Below, piece by piece: positions 41,046 to 51,513 of a stretch of 64,000 nucleotides of DNA (the stretch's first letter is position 1; every line of letters begins with the position of its first letter). A program made the position numbers and the translations under genes. Source of the DNA: an uncultured Bacteroidaceae bacterium. GTDB taxonomy: Bacteria > Bacteroidota > Bacteroidia > Bacteroidales > SM23-62. The stretch is from assembly GCA_963777115.1 (NCBI GenBank), contig CAVZPP010000002.1:1355834-1419833 (forward strand). Direction: 5' to 3'. The notes under the pieces are model-generated. The model made no database searches, was not told where the DNA came from, and saw nothing but the letters and a program-made list of their open reading frames with translations.

Positions 41046-42137
41046 TCATTCCCCCACCCCATAAGCCGGGTAGGTGGTATATCCTTCCGGACCCGAATTA
41101 TAGAAGGTAGCTTTATCGGCTTCGGCCAGGGGGTATCCCTTTTCAAATCGTACAGGAAGATCAGGATTGGAAATAAATGGGATTCCGTAGCAAATGGAAT
41201 CGGCATTCCCGGCCAATAATTCAACCTCTCCTAAATCCCTGTCATACCCCCCGTTTACCATCAGGTGGCCACGGTAGATCCCGCGAAAATGTGCAGGCAC
41301 ATTATCAATCAGATAGGGTGACTCAACCGGAAAGAAGGGTCTGGATATATGAAGATAAGCAAGCTTGTAATCATTCAGGCGCTCTACTATGTAATCAAAT
41401 GTCGGAAGTGTTTCTTCATCCATCATGATCCCGGCTCTACCGTGATACATGGGATTCAACCTGGCAGCCACCTTTTCCGGCGGAAGCTTTTCCATAATAG
41501 CATCCAGTACCTCAAAAAGGAAGCGGGTCCGGTTTTCAACCCCTCCTCCATACTGATCGTTCCTCAAATTAGCAGTGGTACTGAAAAACTGGTGAAACAG
41601 GTAGCCGTTTGAGGAATGTATCTCAATTCCGTCAAACCCGGCTTCTATTGCCCGAAATGCTGCCGAGGCGAAATCAGACACGGTCTGCCTGATATCCTCC
41701 TCCGTCATAGCCTTTGGGGCCACCGACATCTTTCTCCCATCAGGAGTCCTGACAGGCAACCTGGGGTCCACTGCTGATGCCGAATGTGGCAGTTCTCCTC
41801 CATGATAATCCGGATGCGAGATACTCCCCACATGCCAGATCTGTGCGAATATCCTCCCTCCTGCTTCATGCACAGCGGATGTCACTTTCTTCCATCCCGG
41901 CACCTGCTCATCCGAGTAAAGTCCCGGGGTATTTATATACCCAATCCCCTTTTTGGAAACCACCACTCCTTCCGAAATAATTAGTCCCGCTCCAGCTCTC
42001 TGCCGGTAGTATTCAGCCATGAGGTCATTAGGGATACGGCCAGGATTCTCTGCACGGCATCGGGTCATTGGGGCCATTATCACCCGGTTAGGTAATTGCA
42101 TGGATCCCATTGGAACGGTTTCAAGTAATTTCATCAT
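41046..42137 (-). CDS. Old Yellow Enzyme-family NADH:flavin oxidoreductase (alkene reductase, NemA-like)
   Basis: 363 aa. Motifs: RVIMAPMTRCRA, GAGLIISEG, IEIHSSNGYLFHQFFS, GYDRDLGE. Confidence 0.9.
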   Translation of the reverse strand: MMKLLETVPMGSMQLPNRVIMAPMTRCRAENPGRIPNDLMAEYYRQRAGAGLIISEGVVVSKKGIGYINTPGLYSDEQVPGWKKVTSAVHEAGGRIFAQIWHVGSISHPDYHGGELPHSASAVDPRLPVRTPDGRKMSVAPKAMTEEDIRQTVSDFASAAFRAIEAGFDGIEIHSSNGYLFHQFFSTTANLRNDQYGGGVENRTRFLFEVLDAIMEKLPPEKVAARLNPMYHGRAGIMMDEETLPTFDYIVERLNDYKLAYLHISRPFFPVESPYLIDNVPAHFRGIYRGHLMVNGGYDRDLGEVELLAGNADSICYGIPFISNPDLPVRFEKGYPLAEADKATFYNSGPEGYTTYPAYGVGE

Positions 42138-42253
42138 TGTCTATAAGTGCTTAATTAAAAAATCGATCAGTCTGCAAATATTTGCTTAATCATCTCAAAT
42201 AAACAACTTTTCGGAGTTAATGTTTACCACTCCTTTTAATTTGAGGATCACTC

Positions 42254-42907
42254 CTAAAGATATTCACCCATCTCCAGCCAGAAGAATTCGCCCAGGCCCA
42301 GGGTATAGACAAGCATCCCCAGTATCCCGTGAAGAATGGCTGTATACAGAACACTCCGGGTTTGCATATAAACACCGGCCAGGTAGAGTCCCCCGAAAAG
42401 CGTTAGTATCATGGAGATGGGATGATAATACAGGATATGCACAAAACTGAATGTAATGCCGCTTGCTGCAATCATAAGCCATTTTGAAGAAAAGATCTTT
42501 TCATAGCGGTGAAAAATATATATTCTGAAAATGATCTCCTGGGGATAGGCTGAAAAAATGGGGTAGAACAAAGAAAGTGCCAGCCAGATCAGAGGATTCC
42601 CACGGGGAAGGTTGAACAGCTTGTCAGGGATCCAGATAAGGACCGTAAGCAAAAGCAGGATACCGATTATTACAATAATTACCCCGTCGCGCATTATGCG
42701 GGATCTATCCACCTTGAAGGAAACAAGCTCTTTCCAACGAAACGCGGTCCGGTACCTGAGAATAAGAAAAATAAAAACCAGGCAGGGAATAAGTACCATG
42801 CTGGGAAGGGTAAAACCGGTATCGAAAAACATCAGGAGGGGGATGCCGAAGAAAAGGATCAGAAATTCCAATCCAAGTACAACCTTATTCAAATTCCAGG
42901 TGCCCAT
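42254..42907 (-). CDS. CPBP-family (CAAX/Abi) intramembrane metalloprotease
   Basis: 217 aa and polytopic. It has an EExxxR-like motif (YPQEIIFRIY), an FxxxH motif (FSFVHILYYH) and a distal His (AILHGILG). Confidence 0.7.
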   Translation of the reverse strand: MGTWNLNKVVLGLEFLILFFGIPLLMFFDTGFTLPSMVLIPCLVFIFLILRYRTAFRWKELVSFKVDRSRIMRDGVIIVIIGILLLLTVLIWIPDKLFNLPRGNPLIWLALSLFYPIFSAYPQEIIFRIYIFHRYEKIFSSKWLMIAASGITFSFVHILYYHPISMILTLFGGLYLAGVYMQTRSVLYTAILHGILGMLVYTLGLGEFFWLEMGEYL

Positions 42908-42930
42908 GGCACAAAGTATTAATGGCCGGA

Positions 42931-43950
42931 TTATAACTCCCAGCCAAAAGTGGTCTGAATGACATAATTATGTTTTGGAGCATTTTCAACAGGCTTATTA
43001 TCAAAGTTATAGGAAACTCCAAATTTTATAAAGAAATCGAGGGGAAGGTCATATTTCAGGTCAAACTTATAATCAGCACGTACACGTCCTTTCACCGTAA
43101 CACTCGGATAAATTTTAAGTGAGGTGAGTACGCTGATATCTTCGAAAGCAAACATATTTAACTCCGTGGTTATGAGTCCTTCCAGACTCTGGTCATCGGC
43201 CTGGTCAGTGGTAAAGCTTTCATAGTTAAATGCAGCCCCAACCCCAACTGCCCAATAGGTCCGGTATGAATTCACGAACATATGTCCGGCCTGAAGGTTG
43301 GTTATGCTTCGCAGCCTCAGCTTTTGCTCATCGTCCTGAAGGAAGTTATTGGACAATGCGACGAACCATGAATTATTTAAAAACTTTCTGTACCCAATAC
43401 TGCCTTCGGTCCGTCTGGTATCCGCAACAGAATCCTGGGAACTGCGAATGGCATCAAGGGAAGCATCAGCACCCCATGAATCTGCCAGGTACCCGATATT
43501 GCTATTAAAGTTAAATTGATGATGATTCTTTGCCTTGGTAAAACTGTATCCCAGTTCAATAGAGGCATCAAGCCTTCCGAGAAAAGACGCTTCAACTGGC
43601 TTCAAATAGGTAATTTGAAGGAGATTATCGATAATCATATTACCGCTCAGGGTATTAATCAATACGAAACCCGGATCGCCGGATTGACTGTTTACACTGC
43701 CGTTCATTCGCCTTCCATCGGAGAGGTAGATCAGGAAGGTATTTTGAGATTTCACTTCTTTGATTTCGTCCCATTCAATATGAAAATCCTTATCACTATA
43801 TTGCGTTTTGACAATAAGTACTCCCTTTGACATCGATTTTATTTCACCTACCAGCATGTCACCACCTGAACTCATGATGGTATCATGCTGAGTCAGTGCA
43901 ACAGAAGTCATCGCAAACAGTAAAATCAAGATGGACAGGGTCCGCTTCAT
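42931..43950 (-). CDS. Putative outer-membrane beta-barrel protein
   Basis: 339 aa with a signal peptide. The N-terminal soluble region is followed by alternating hydrophobic beta-strand patterns (IELGYSF, GADASLDA, GSIGYRKF, WAVGVGAAFNYE, VSYNF). I cannot assign a family; it may be DUF481-like. Confidence 0.4.
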   Translation of the reverse strand: MKRTLSILILLFAMTSVALTQHDTIMSSGGDMLVGEIKSMSKGVLIVKTQYSDKDFHIEWDEIKEVKSQNTFLIYLSDGRRMNGSVNSQSGDPGFVLINTLSGNMIIDNLLQITYLKPVEASFLGRLDASIELGYSFTKAKNHHQFNFNSNIGYLADSWGADASLDAIRSSQDSVADTRRTEGSIGYRKFLNNSWFVALSNNFLQDDEQKLRLRSITNLQAGHMFVNSYRTYWAVGVGAAFNYESFTTDQADDQSLEGLITTELNMFAFEDISVLTSLKIYPSVTVKGRVRADYKFDLKYDLPLDFFIKFGVSYNFDNKPVENAPKHNYVIQTTFGWEL

Positions 43951-43982
43951 GGTTTAATTAAGGATGAAGGTCTATGATGAAT

Positions 43983-44699
43983 TTAAGAATTCGGTATAAT
44001 ATGAAAAAACACAGCAAAGAAATGAGATAAGCTACCGGCGATGACAAACAAATGCCAGACCAGGTGGTGATAAGGGAATTGGATCTTTTTATAAAATAAT
44101 ATTCCAAGTGTATAACATGCTCCTCCAATAAGGATCCATGCAAGGCCCCATGTCGACGTTGAACGGGCGATGGGACCGATAGCCAAAAGCAGCATCCAGC
44201 CCATAACCGCATACATAGCTATAAAGAAATAATTTACTCCGGATTCAAACTGTGTCGGTTTGACTATTTTAATGATAATTCCCAGAATCGCCAATCCCCA
44301 TTCAATCCCAAAAATCGTCCATCCCAGTTCCCCTCTTATCAAAACAAGTGTTATGGGTGTATAGGATCCGGCAATCAGCAAAAAAATTGCCACCTGGTCA
44401 AAATTGAAAAAGAACTCTTTCCTCCTTCCTGGTTTCAATCCATGATTAGCAGCAGATGATAAATAGAGAAGTACCATAGTTGTGCCGAATATGGAAGTTG
44501 ACACAATATGCCAGGCATCTCCACGAAGAGCTGAAAAAACTATCATGAGGATCAGTCCCGCGCTGGCAAATAAGGCTCCAGCCAGATGAGAAATGGTGTT
44601 GGCAAGCTCTTCAGAGGCGGAAAATCGTGTTGTGACTGAATTCATTAGATACGGGTGAGATTTATGTCCCAAAAATAGTAATTCTGGGACTTTATCCAA
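43983..44699 (-). CDS. Hemolysin III / PAQR-family membrane protein
   Basis: Seven predicted helices. It has the N-terminal motif SASEELANTISHLAG and the C-terminal His motif HHLVWHLFVIAGSLSHFFAV. The real start is more likely the ATG at 44645 (MNSVTTRF). Confidence 0.8.
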   Translation of the reverse strand: MDKVPELLFLGHKSHPYLMNSVTTRFSASEELANTISHLAGALFASAGLILMIVFSALRGDAWHIVSTSIFGTTMVLLYLSSAANHGLKPGRRKEFFFNFDQVAIFLLIAGSYTPITLVLIRGELGWTIFGIEWGLAILGIIIKIVKPTQFESGVNYFFIAMYAVMGWMLLLAIGPIARSTSTWGLAWILIGGACYTLGILFYKKIQFPYHHLVWHLFVIAGSLSHFFAVFFHIIPNS

Positions 44700-44762
44700 G
44701 TTCGGAAAATCAGCCTGAAGATTCGAAAAGACTTTTCAAAATCTTGACTTAACATTGGGAAT

Positions 44763-45714
44763 TCAGGCAGGCGGATGACTGAAAATTGGCTTTATGCCAT
44801 CAATCATCCGGTTGACCACATTCTCATCAGGAGCAGAGATGACGCTGTTTCCGGATACGAAATCAAGGGTCTTTTGCATATACAGACTATCACCGGCATG
44901 AACAGTAGCCGTGATGTCTTTTGAAAGCGTGAACCGTAATGCATGTTCAATTTCGGAATCTTCAGAAAATGGTTCGTACCACATATTAGGATAGGGTCTC
45001 TCCTCCTTTGGAACCCGTGTTTTTGCAACAGCCTTAAGAGCCAGTATGCCCATATTTTTTTTGTGGGCTGTTTCAAATACAGAGGGACCAAAATTCCCAT
45101 TATTCCAGCAGACACAATTAATAGGATATAGGATGGTATTAAAGTCAAACCTATCCATTAGAGCCAGTGCTACTTCCTCATTGTGAGCTGAGAATCCCAG
45201 ATATCTAACCTTACCGGCCTGCCTGGCTTTAAGGAATGTCTCCATAGCGCCCGTCGGGACCGAATACCTTCTCAACATCTTCCATTTTAGTCATTCCATG
45301 AAGCTGGTAAAGATCGAAATGGTCAGTTTTTAGCAACTTCAGTGATTCATTGAGTTCCTCCTCAGAACCTTTCCTGTCTCTTTTTCCTGTCTTGCATGCC
45401 AGGAATACTTTCTTGCGGAAAGGACTCAATGGTGCACCCAATAAATCCTGGGCGTCTCCGTAACCTGGTGCCACATCGAAATAAGTTATACCTGCTTCGA
45501 AGGCTTTAGGAACCAGTTTGTTGGCAAACTCCTGTCCATTGTTACGAAGGGCAATGCTTCCAAATCCGATGACGGAGATATTCTCTCCGGTATTGCCCAG
45601 GGCCCTCCTGGGTATGGAATCCGGTCCAAGTCTCTCATACATGCTGAGTACATCCGCAAACGGCATAGCCATACTACCAGCCGCACTAATCTTTAAAAAT
45701 TTTCTGCGTTCCAT
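44763..45714 (-). pseudogene. Aldo/keto reductase with Tat-like signal, frameshifted
   Basis: ORF 45229..45714 has MERRKFLKISAAGSMAMPFA, ITYFDVAPGYGDAQDLLG and DLYQLHG. ORF 44763..45278 has GAMETFLKARQAGKVRYLGFSAH. They are continuous as ...VFGPDGAMETFL... after a 1-nt correction in GGGCGC at about 45247-45253. Confidence 0.8.
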
Positions 45715-45857
45715 GATTGTTTGTTTTTGACAACATCCAAGTTACATTTTTTAATAATATTCCTAAAATGATCTTTGAGTAAACTCTTTTTTCGAAAGAT
45801 TTTCATAATTTTATATACAGCACAATTCACCACACAGCGAAATTAATACTCTGAGAA

Positions 45858-46349
45858 ATGGAAATATTGAATTTTGAACTTACCACCATCCAGGAGAATG
45901 CATTCATATACGAAACCCACCTTAAAAATATGAATCGCAGAAGAGAACTATGGTCATCTGTTGTCAAGGACAAGATTAAGGCAACTCTTGAATCGGTACA
46001 AAAGAATTTTAAAAGGATAGATTGGGAGATTGAAATTTCAGACGAGAAAAAAAACCTGGAAATTATCCATATTAAGATTAAAGATACTCCAAGCGGCGTC
46101 AGTGAAGTATCGGAAGACGGAAAGACAAAGCAGTTCATTAAAATAGGTGCCAAGCTTGGGTTCTCCCAGATGATCTCAGGGAAAATAAATGTATGGTTCG
46201 ATTACCCCTTCTGGGAAGGCCTTCAGATCTCCAGTCAGCTGAGAAAACATATTGTGACCATTGAACCTTCCTACGTCACAGAAGGATTAATAGCCGGTTA
46301 TGTTCATCAGTTTCTGGCGGATGTCACCAGTTATGAATCCGGGGTATAG
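45858..46349 (+). CDS. Hypothetical protein
   Basis: 163-aa ORF with no recognisable motifs. It sits 11 nt upstream of the TIM-barrel gene on the same strand. Confidence 0.4.
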   Translation: MEILNFELTTIQENAFIYETHLKNMNRRRELWSSVVKDKIKATLESVQKNFKRIDWEIEISDEKKNLEIIHIKIKDTPSGVSEVSEDGKTKQFIKIGAKLGFSQMISGKINVWFDYPFWEGLQISSQLRKHIVTIEPSYVTEGLIAGYVHQFLADVTSYESGV

Positions 46350-46360
46350 AATTTTAAAGC

Positions 46361-47194
46361 ATGGAAGATAATCTCAATAGTAAACTGGGGATCAGTTCAT
46401 GGGCATTCCCATGGGCAGTTGGTGTTTCCAAAGGTCCCAGGCTGAAAAGAAGACTGACTGCCAATGAACTCCTTGAAAAGGCGGCTAAACTGGAAGTCGG
46501 TAGAGTTCAATTTGCCGATAATCTCCCCCTGGAAGAACTTCCCTGGGAGACGCTTGTACAATGCAAACGTTTCGCCATTGAAAAAAATATACACATGGAA
46601 GTGGGAACCAGTGGATTGGATCCTGAGCATTTAATGAAGTTCCTTGAAATTGCCCATTTCATGCATTCACCCATCCTCAGGACCCTGCCATCCAACTCGG
46701 GCATGCGGATGGACATTAAAGAAATTAGCGCTAATCTCAGGAAGGTTCTGCCTGAATTTAAAAAAGCCGGAATTACGATTGTGCTGAATAACCACGAGAG
46801 CTATAAGGCTTCAGAGATTGCTGCCCTAATGGAAGATATAAATCATCCAAACCTGAGGGTTTGCCTGGATCTCTCAAATGCACTGGGGGCTATGGAGGGA
46901 CCGGAATATGTGATGGAGAAATTGGGTCCCTGGTGTGGAAATTTCATCTTCAAGGATGTGATGGTATTGAGATCACAAACCTCTATGGGCTTCAGTGTGG
47001 AAGGAAGGCCTCTGGGAGAAGGACAAATACCCTTAAAGTGGGCAATTGAACAGCTTAAAGGGTACGGTGTTGAACATAGCACCATCATTGAACTCTGGCC
47101 TCCATGGCAGGGAGACATTAGCTCTACGGTCAAACTGGAGGAGAGCTGGGTTGCCAAAAGCGTGGAGTTTATGAAGGAAGTCCTTAATTCCTGA
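46361..47194 (+). CDS. Xylose-isomerase-like TIM-barrel protein (sugar phosphate isomerase/epimerase), cytoplasmic
   Basis: 277 aa with no signal peptide. Motifs: LGISSWAF, GRVQFADNLPL, ITIVLNNHESY, LRVCLDLSNAL, TIIELWPP. Confidence 0.7.
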   Translation: MEDNLNSKLGISSWAFPWAVGVSKGPRLKRRLTANELLEKAAKLEVGRVQFADNLPLEELPWETLVQCKRFAIEKNIHMEVGTSGLDPEHLMKFLEIAHFMHSPILRTLPSNSGMRMDIKEISANLRKVLPEFKKAGITIVLNNHESYKASEIAALMEDINHPNLRVCLDLSNALGAMEGPEYVMEKLGPWCGNFIFKDVMVLRSQTSMGFSVEGRPLGEGQIPLKWAIEQLKGYGVEHSTIIELWPPWQGDISSTVKLEESWVAKSVEFMKEVLNS

Positions 47195-47266
47195 TCCGGT
47201 CCTTCAAATCCAGGATCAGACCTTTCTTGCTATGATCAGACTTCAGACATTCTGAAACCGAGTTTT

Positions 47267-49942
47267 TTATTTTATATTCTGGATGGGTCTGTTACCGGCA
47301 GGCCAGAGCAGTTTATCTTTTACAACAGCATTTTTGCTGATTTCATTTTTGCCTTCTTTCAGGCTTACTTTATAGGTTCCCGGATTTGCATCCGATGTGT
47401 TCCAGACGAGTTTATGTATGCCTTGAAAACTGTTTCCTTCCATTTCCTCCATGAGCTTTCCTTCCCCATCAGTTATTTCCAGCAGTACATCATTCTGACT
47501 GTCCTTACCCAGGTAATAGTATATATGTAAGCCGTTTTCTTCATTCGGCGTACGAAACTCATTATTCTGGAAAGGACCGTGGTTTCCCCACCAGGCTTGC
47601 TCTGAATAATTCCAGGCAGGTTTGGCTTCTATATCAAAAAGATGGATGTCTTCCTTTAGCAAATCCTCTGTTAATTCCTGAAAGGGATAAATATCAGTCA
47701 CAAAAACTCCCCTGCCATAGGTTCCGACGATAAGATCCCTCTCCAGGGGGTGGATTAGAATATCCTTCACGGGAACATTGGGCATATTATTTTTCATGGC
47801 CAGCCATTGGCTTCCCCCGCTAAGGGTAAAATACACTCCCCCGTCATTCCCGAGGAAAAGAAGCTCCGGATTTGAATCGTCTTCATAGAAGGCGGAAATG
47901 GACTGCTCAGGGAGATTCGAAGAGATATCGGTCCATGTCTTACCGAAATCATCCGTTCGGTAGATATAGGGATTGAAATCATCATTTCGGAAACCGGTTT
48001 TTACGAGGTATGCCCTGCCCTTCTTATGATGGGAAGCAAATATCCTGCTTACGTATCGTTCTTCCGGAATATCCCTGGAGTGAATATTTTTTGTAAGCTC
48101 GGACCAGGTTTTTCCATGATCAGGTGTGATCCAGACTTTGCCGTCATCTGTACCCACCCAGATAATACCCGGAACCAGGGGTGATTCGGAAATGCTGGAT
48201 ACCGTGCAATACATGATATGTCCCCTTCCGGCAATTTTATCTGCATCATTCCGGGTCAGATCGGGACTGATCTCCTGCCAGGTATTTCCCCTATCCACAG
48301 AACGCAGGAGCATTTGTCCCCCAGTATAAAGAATACTGCTGTTATGCGGAGAAATGATCAGCGGGGTATTCCAGGTATACCGGTAAGGTGGTTTTCCTTC
48401 CTCTGCCTCTGGCTGTATGTTCACCCTTTCACCTTTGAGCTGGTCCACCCGCTGATGAGCACCGAACTGGGTCGTAGTATAGAACCAGCGGTTGTTCTCA
48501 TGGTCTACCTTCAGGTACATCCCGTCCCACATACCCACAAGGCTCCAGTCCGATTCTCCCAGGGATCCACGCCAGCCGTTGGAAGGGACCTTCCATCCCT
48601 CATGATCCTGGAGACCTGCGTAAATGTTGTATGGGACTGCATCATCCACTTCAATATTATAGATCTCCCCCAGGGGGATATGGTGATGGCACTGGGTGCT
48701 TACACCCTGGTCGAAGCTGACATTTATTCCCCCGTCAGAACCTGCCATTATATGCCTGGAATCCTCGGGATTGATCCAGAGACAGCGCACATCGCCGAAC
48801 ATGGTATTAAATCGCTGGGCTGTTCCCCAGATGGTGCCGTCCCATGTTCTTCCCCCGTCAAGGGAGGACTGAAGAGCAATATTATTGATGTAAAGATTCA
48901 TTTCATTATTCGGATCGACCATGATCTGGTTGAAGGAATAGGCGGCCTTGCTCCCGACATCAACCGTATCGTGGTTCATTTTCTGCCAATTCGCGCCGGC
49001 ATCCCCGCTGCGGTAGACCTCCCCTCCTATCAGCCGGTCGAAATATGGGTCGCGCATATGGTCAAATGCTTCATCCTCCTCGCTGATTTCGTACCCGGGT
49101 TTGGGATTCAGATTCTCAACTACGGCATACAGGACATCCGGGTTACTCCGGTAAATGTCCACCCCGATACGGCCTACATTACCTTTTGGGAGTCCTCCCT
49201 CAAGCCTCTCCCAGTTCTCGCCTGCATCGCTTGTTTTATAGATCCCGCTGTTCTCCCCGCCTGCCTCGAAGTGCCAGGGATACCGGTATTTCTCGTAAAC
49301 GGCTGCATACAGGATGTTGGGGTTGCTGCGATTTATTACCAGGTCAATAGCCCCTGTATTTTCATTGATATAGAGAACTTTTTCCCAGGTCTCACCGCCG
49401 TCCTGTGTGCGGTACACTCCCCTGTCCTCATTCGGAGTAAACAGGCTTCCCATGGAGGCCACATAGACGGTATTCTCGTCTTTGGGGTGGATCACTATCC
49501 GGGGTATATGCTGGGTGTTTTTTAGTCCCATAAACCGAAAGCTCTTCCCTGCATCCTCTGATTTGTAGACCCCGTATCCCCGGTGGGTGGAGCGGGCATT
49601 GGAGGCTTCACCTGTGCCAACCCAGAGGGTGTATGGATTCGAAGGGGCTACTTCAACGGCTCCCATGGAGGTGGTGGGCAGGCTGTCGGTAATGCATTCA
49701 AATGTCACCCCCTTATTTGAGGTTTTCCAGACACCCCCGTGGCGGGCAGCTGCGTAAAATACGTGCTGGTTGGCGGAGTCAGGATTTTCCGGGGCGGCAA
49801 TGTCGCTGATCCAGGCGGAGACTTGAGTGGGACTAAAATTGCGGTACTGGAAAACTTCGAAAAGTTCCTGCTGGCAATTTGCTGTATTTGATATCAGTAC
49901 CAGTAGCAGGAATAAGGGGATGGAGGATCTGGATAATTTCAT
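47267..49942 (-). CDS. VPS10/sortilin-type BNR (Asp-box) repeat protein, secreted
   Basis: 891 aa with a signal peptide. At least eight Asp-box repeats are present: TQDGGETWEKV, SDAGENWERL, SGDAGANWQKM, SLDGGRTWDG, SVDRGNTWQEI, TPDHGKTWSEL, TDDFGKTWTDI, LSGGSQWLAM. Confidence 0.75.
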   Translation of the reverse strand: MKLSRSSIPLFLLLVLISNTANCQQELFEVFQYRNFSPTQVSAWISDIAAPENPDSANQHVFYAAARHGGVWKTSNKGVTFECITDSLPTTSMGAVEVAPSNPYTLWVGTGEASNARSTHRGYGVYKSEDAGKSFRFMGLKNTQHIPRIVIHPKDENTVYVASMGSLFTPNEDRGVYRTQDGGETWEKVLYINENTGAIDLVINRSNPNILYAAVYEKYRYPWHFEAGGENSGIYKTSDAGENWERLEGGLPKGNVGRIGVDIYRSNPDVLYAVVENLNPKPGYEISEEDEAFDHMRDPYFDRLIGGEVYRSGDAGANWQKMNHDTVDVGSKAAYSFNQIMVDPNNEMNLYINNIALQSSLDGGRTWDGTIWGTAQRFNTMFGDVRCLWINPEDSRHIMAGSDGGINVSFDQGVSTQCHHHIPLGEIYNIEVDDAVPYNIYAGLQDHEGWKVPSNGWRGSLGESDWSLVGMWDGMYLKVDHENNRWFYTTTQFGAHQRVDQLKGERVNIQPEAEEGKPPYRYTWNTPLIISPHNSSILYTGGQMLLRSVDRGNTWQEISPDLTRNDADKIAGRGHIMYCTVSSISESPLVPGIIWVGTDDGKVWITPDHGKTWSELTKNIHSRDIPEERYVSRIFASHHKKGRAYLVKTGFRNDDFNPYIYRTDDFGKTWTDISSNLPEQSISAFYEDDSNPELLFLGNDGGVYFTLSGGSQWLAMKNNMPNVPVKDILIHPLERDLIVGTYGRGVFVTDIYPFQELTEDLLKEDIHLFDIEAKPAWNYSEQAWWGNHGPFQNNEFRTPNEENGLHIYYYLGKDSQNDVLLEITDGEGKLMEEMEGNSFQGIHKLVWNTSDANPGTYKVSLKEGKNEISKNAVVKDKLLWPAGNRPIQNIK

Positions 49943-49984
49943 TGTTGGGGTAGATTAGGAGGTATTTCATATAATTCGAGAATC

Positions 49985-51430
49985 TCATTGATATGGTATC
50001 CACCGTAGAGGGTTATAAAGGATCTCCATCCATTCGGGCATGGCCTGGGTTTTCTTTTGGAGCTTGTATCTGCTAATGAGTTCCTGTACATGTTCTTTTT
50101 CAACCTCCTGTCTTTTAATCGAAAGCAGGTTCACCCTGTTTTTCTCGAAAATGGAATCGTTGAACTCGGATAATGATTTCATACGGATATCCTGCAAGTC
50201 TTTCTCTGCGTAAAAACTTGCAATCAGGTTCCATGGGCCATACGGATTGCTGTAGTCGTAGGATATCAGCCGGATGGGCTTATCCCCGTAATTCCTGCGG
50301 ATATGTTTCATGATTACTGTGAGTCCCCCATCACATGGTTTAACGCTTACCGTAAGGGCTCCAATGATATTGATGCTTAACAGCAGAATGGCAAGGACTT
50401 TTACGGTAAGAACCTTGAATCGATTCCATTTATCCGGATTCCAGTTCAATTCCTGGTAGGCCATTACCAGCATTAGAGGGACTAAATTGATAACCGGGAA
50501 CAGAAACCTTAACTCCTTATGGGGAATGATGGAATGAATAATAAAAAAAGGCAGGATGCACCAGGTAAAAATACTTTTAGGTTGTTTGTAGATGAAAATA
50601 AAAAGGGCGAAAATGATAGGTATCCCGATGGGGAAAAAGCTAAACCGGAAAATACTGTAAAAATAATTCCACCAGCGTTCTGTACCGAAACCCGAGGCAA
50701 CATCTTCCACAAGGTTGACATAAAAATAATTCCATGCCGAGAGGGTCAGTTTATCGTATAACCAGAAGTCGATCCCTACTCCTATCAGTACCAGAAATAT
50801 GACGGCCCCTGCCAGTTTCACCAGGTTTGCCAGCTTCTCCTTCCCGATGAAAATAAGCCAGAAAAACAAACCCATTGCAAGGAAAGCATTCTGATACCTG
50901 AACAGGAAACTCAGTCCCAGTAGTCCCCCGATCAAATAAAACCTGTTTGCCCTTTCCTTGCTGCTCAGCACCAGGGATAGTGCATTTAAAAACATTATCC
51001 CTGACCAGGTTTCAGAGCTGAACCTAACATTTACAAAAGGAATGAACCACAGGAAGTAAGACAGGAAGAGAAAAACCTTCCAGAATTCAGGTGAGATCAT
51101 CTCCCGGATGGTATTTGTGAAATACCTGATGCTGTAGAGTGCAAGGAATGCGGTTACCAGGCGAAGCACGAATGCCTGAAAATAGGGATCCGGAATCGAC
51201 AATATATTCATAAGCGAGATAAAAGCATAGGCTATCAGGGGCTGAAGGCCAGGTCTGATCATAGCTTCATACTCCCATGCCAGTCCCTCTACCGAAACAG
51301 TCCCAAGCTTATATGCAGCAAACTCAATGATCTGGTAATGTTCATCTCCATGCAGGAATCCTGAGCTGAACCAGGCTGCCACTGTATAGAGTACCAATGC
51401 GGCAAGAAAAATTATCTTTTCATATTTCAT
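49985..51430 (-). CDS. GT-C fold membrane glycosyltransferase, GT22 (Alg9/PIG-B-like mannosyltransferase) family
   Basis: 481 aa and polytopic. The first-loop motif HGDEHYQIIEF resembles the HPDExFQ signature of GT22 enzymes. Confidence 0.5.
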   Translation of the reverse strand: MKYEKIIFLAALVLYTVAAWFSSGFLHGDEHYQIIEFAAYKLGTVSVEGLAWEYEAMIRPGLQPLIAYAFISLMNILSIPDPYFQAFVLRLVTAFLALYSIRYFTNTIREMISPEFWKVFLFLSYFLWFIPFVNVRFSSETWSGIMFLNALSLVLSSKERANRFYLIGGLLGLSFLFRYQNAFLAMGLFFWLIFIGKEKLANLVKLAGAVIFLVLIGVGIDFWLYDKLTLSAWNYFYVNLVEDVASGFGTERWWNYFYSIFRFSFFPIGIPIIFALFIFIYKQPKSIFTWCILPFFIIHSIIPHKELRFLFPVINLVPLMLVMAYQELNWNPDKWNRFKVLTVKVLAILLLSINIIGALTVSVKPCDGGLTVIMKHIRRNYGDKPIRLISYDYSNPYGPWNLIASFYAEKDLQDIRMKSLSEFNDSIFEKNRVNLLSIKRQEVEKEHVQELISRYKLQKKTQAMPEWMEILYNPLRWIPYQ

Positions 51431-51513
51431 GGAGAAACAGGTAAGTATCGAATTTTAGATGTTAATTTTAAACACTGAATATAGAAAAAAAATAACCCTA
51501 AAAACAAAATATT

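Noticed and set aside
47195-47266. Repeated GATCAGAC words and a 6-bp hairpin (TTCAGA-CAT-TCTGAA) between convergent genes
   Set aside because: The repeats are 8-10 nt only and the stem is weak with no clear T-tract. That is not enough to call a terminator or a repeat element.
48218-49525. 435-aa ORF on the plus strand
   Set aside because: It lies entirely antisense to the well-supported VPS10/BNR gene (47267..49942). It has no recognisable motifs and an odd composition (rich in P, G, V, I and H). It is most simply a shadow ORF that stays open because of the codon usage of the real gene.
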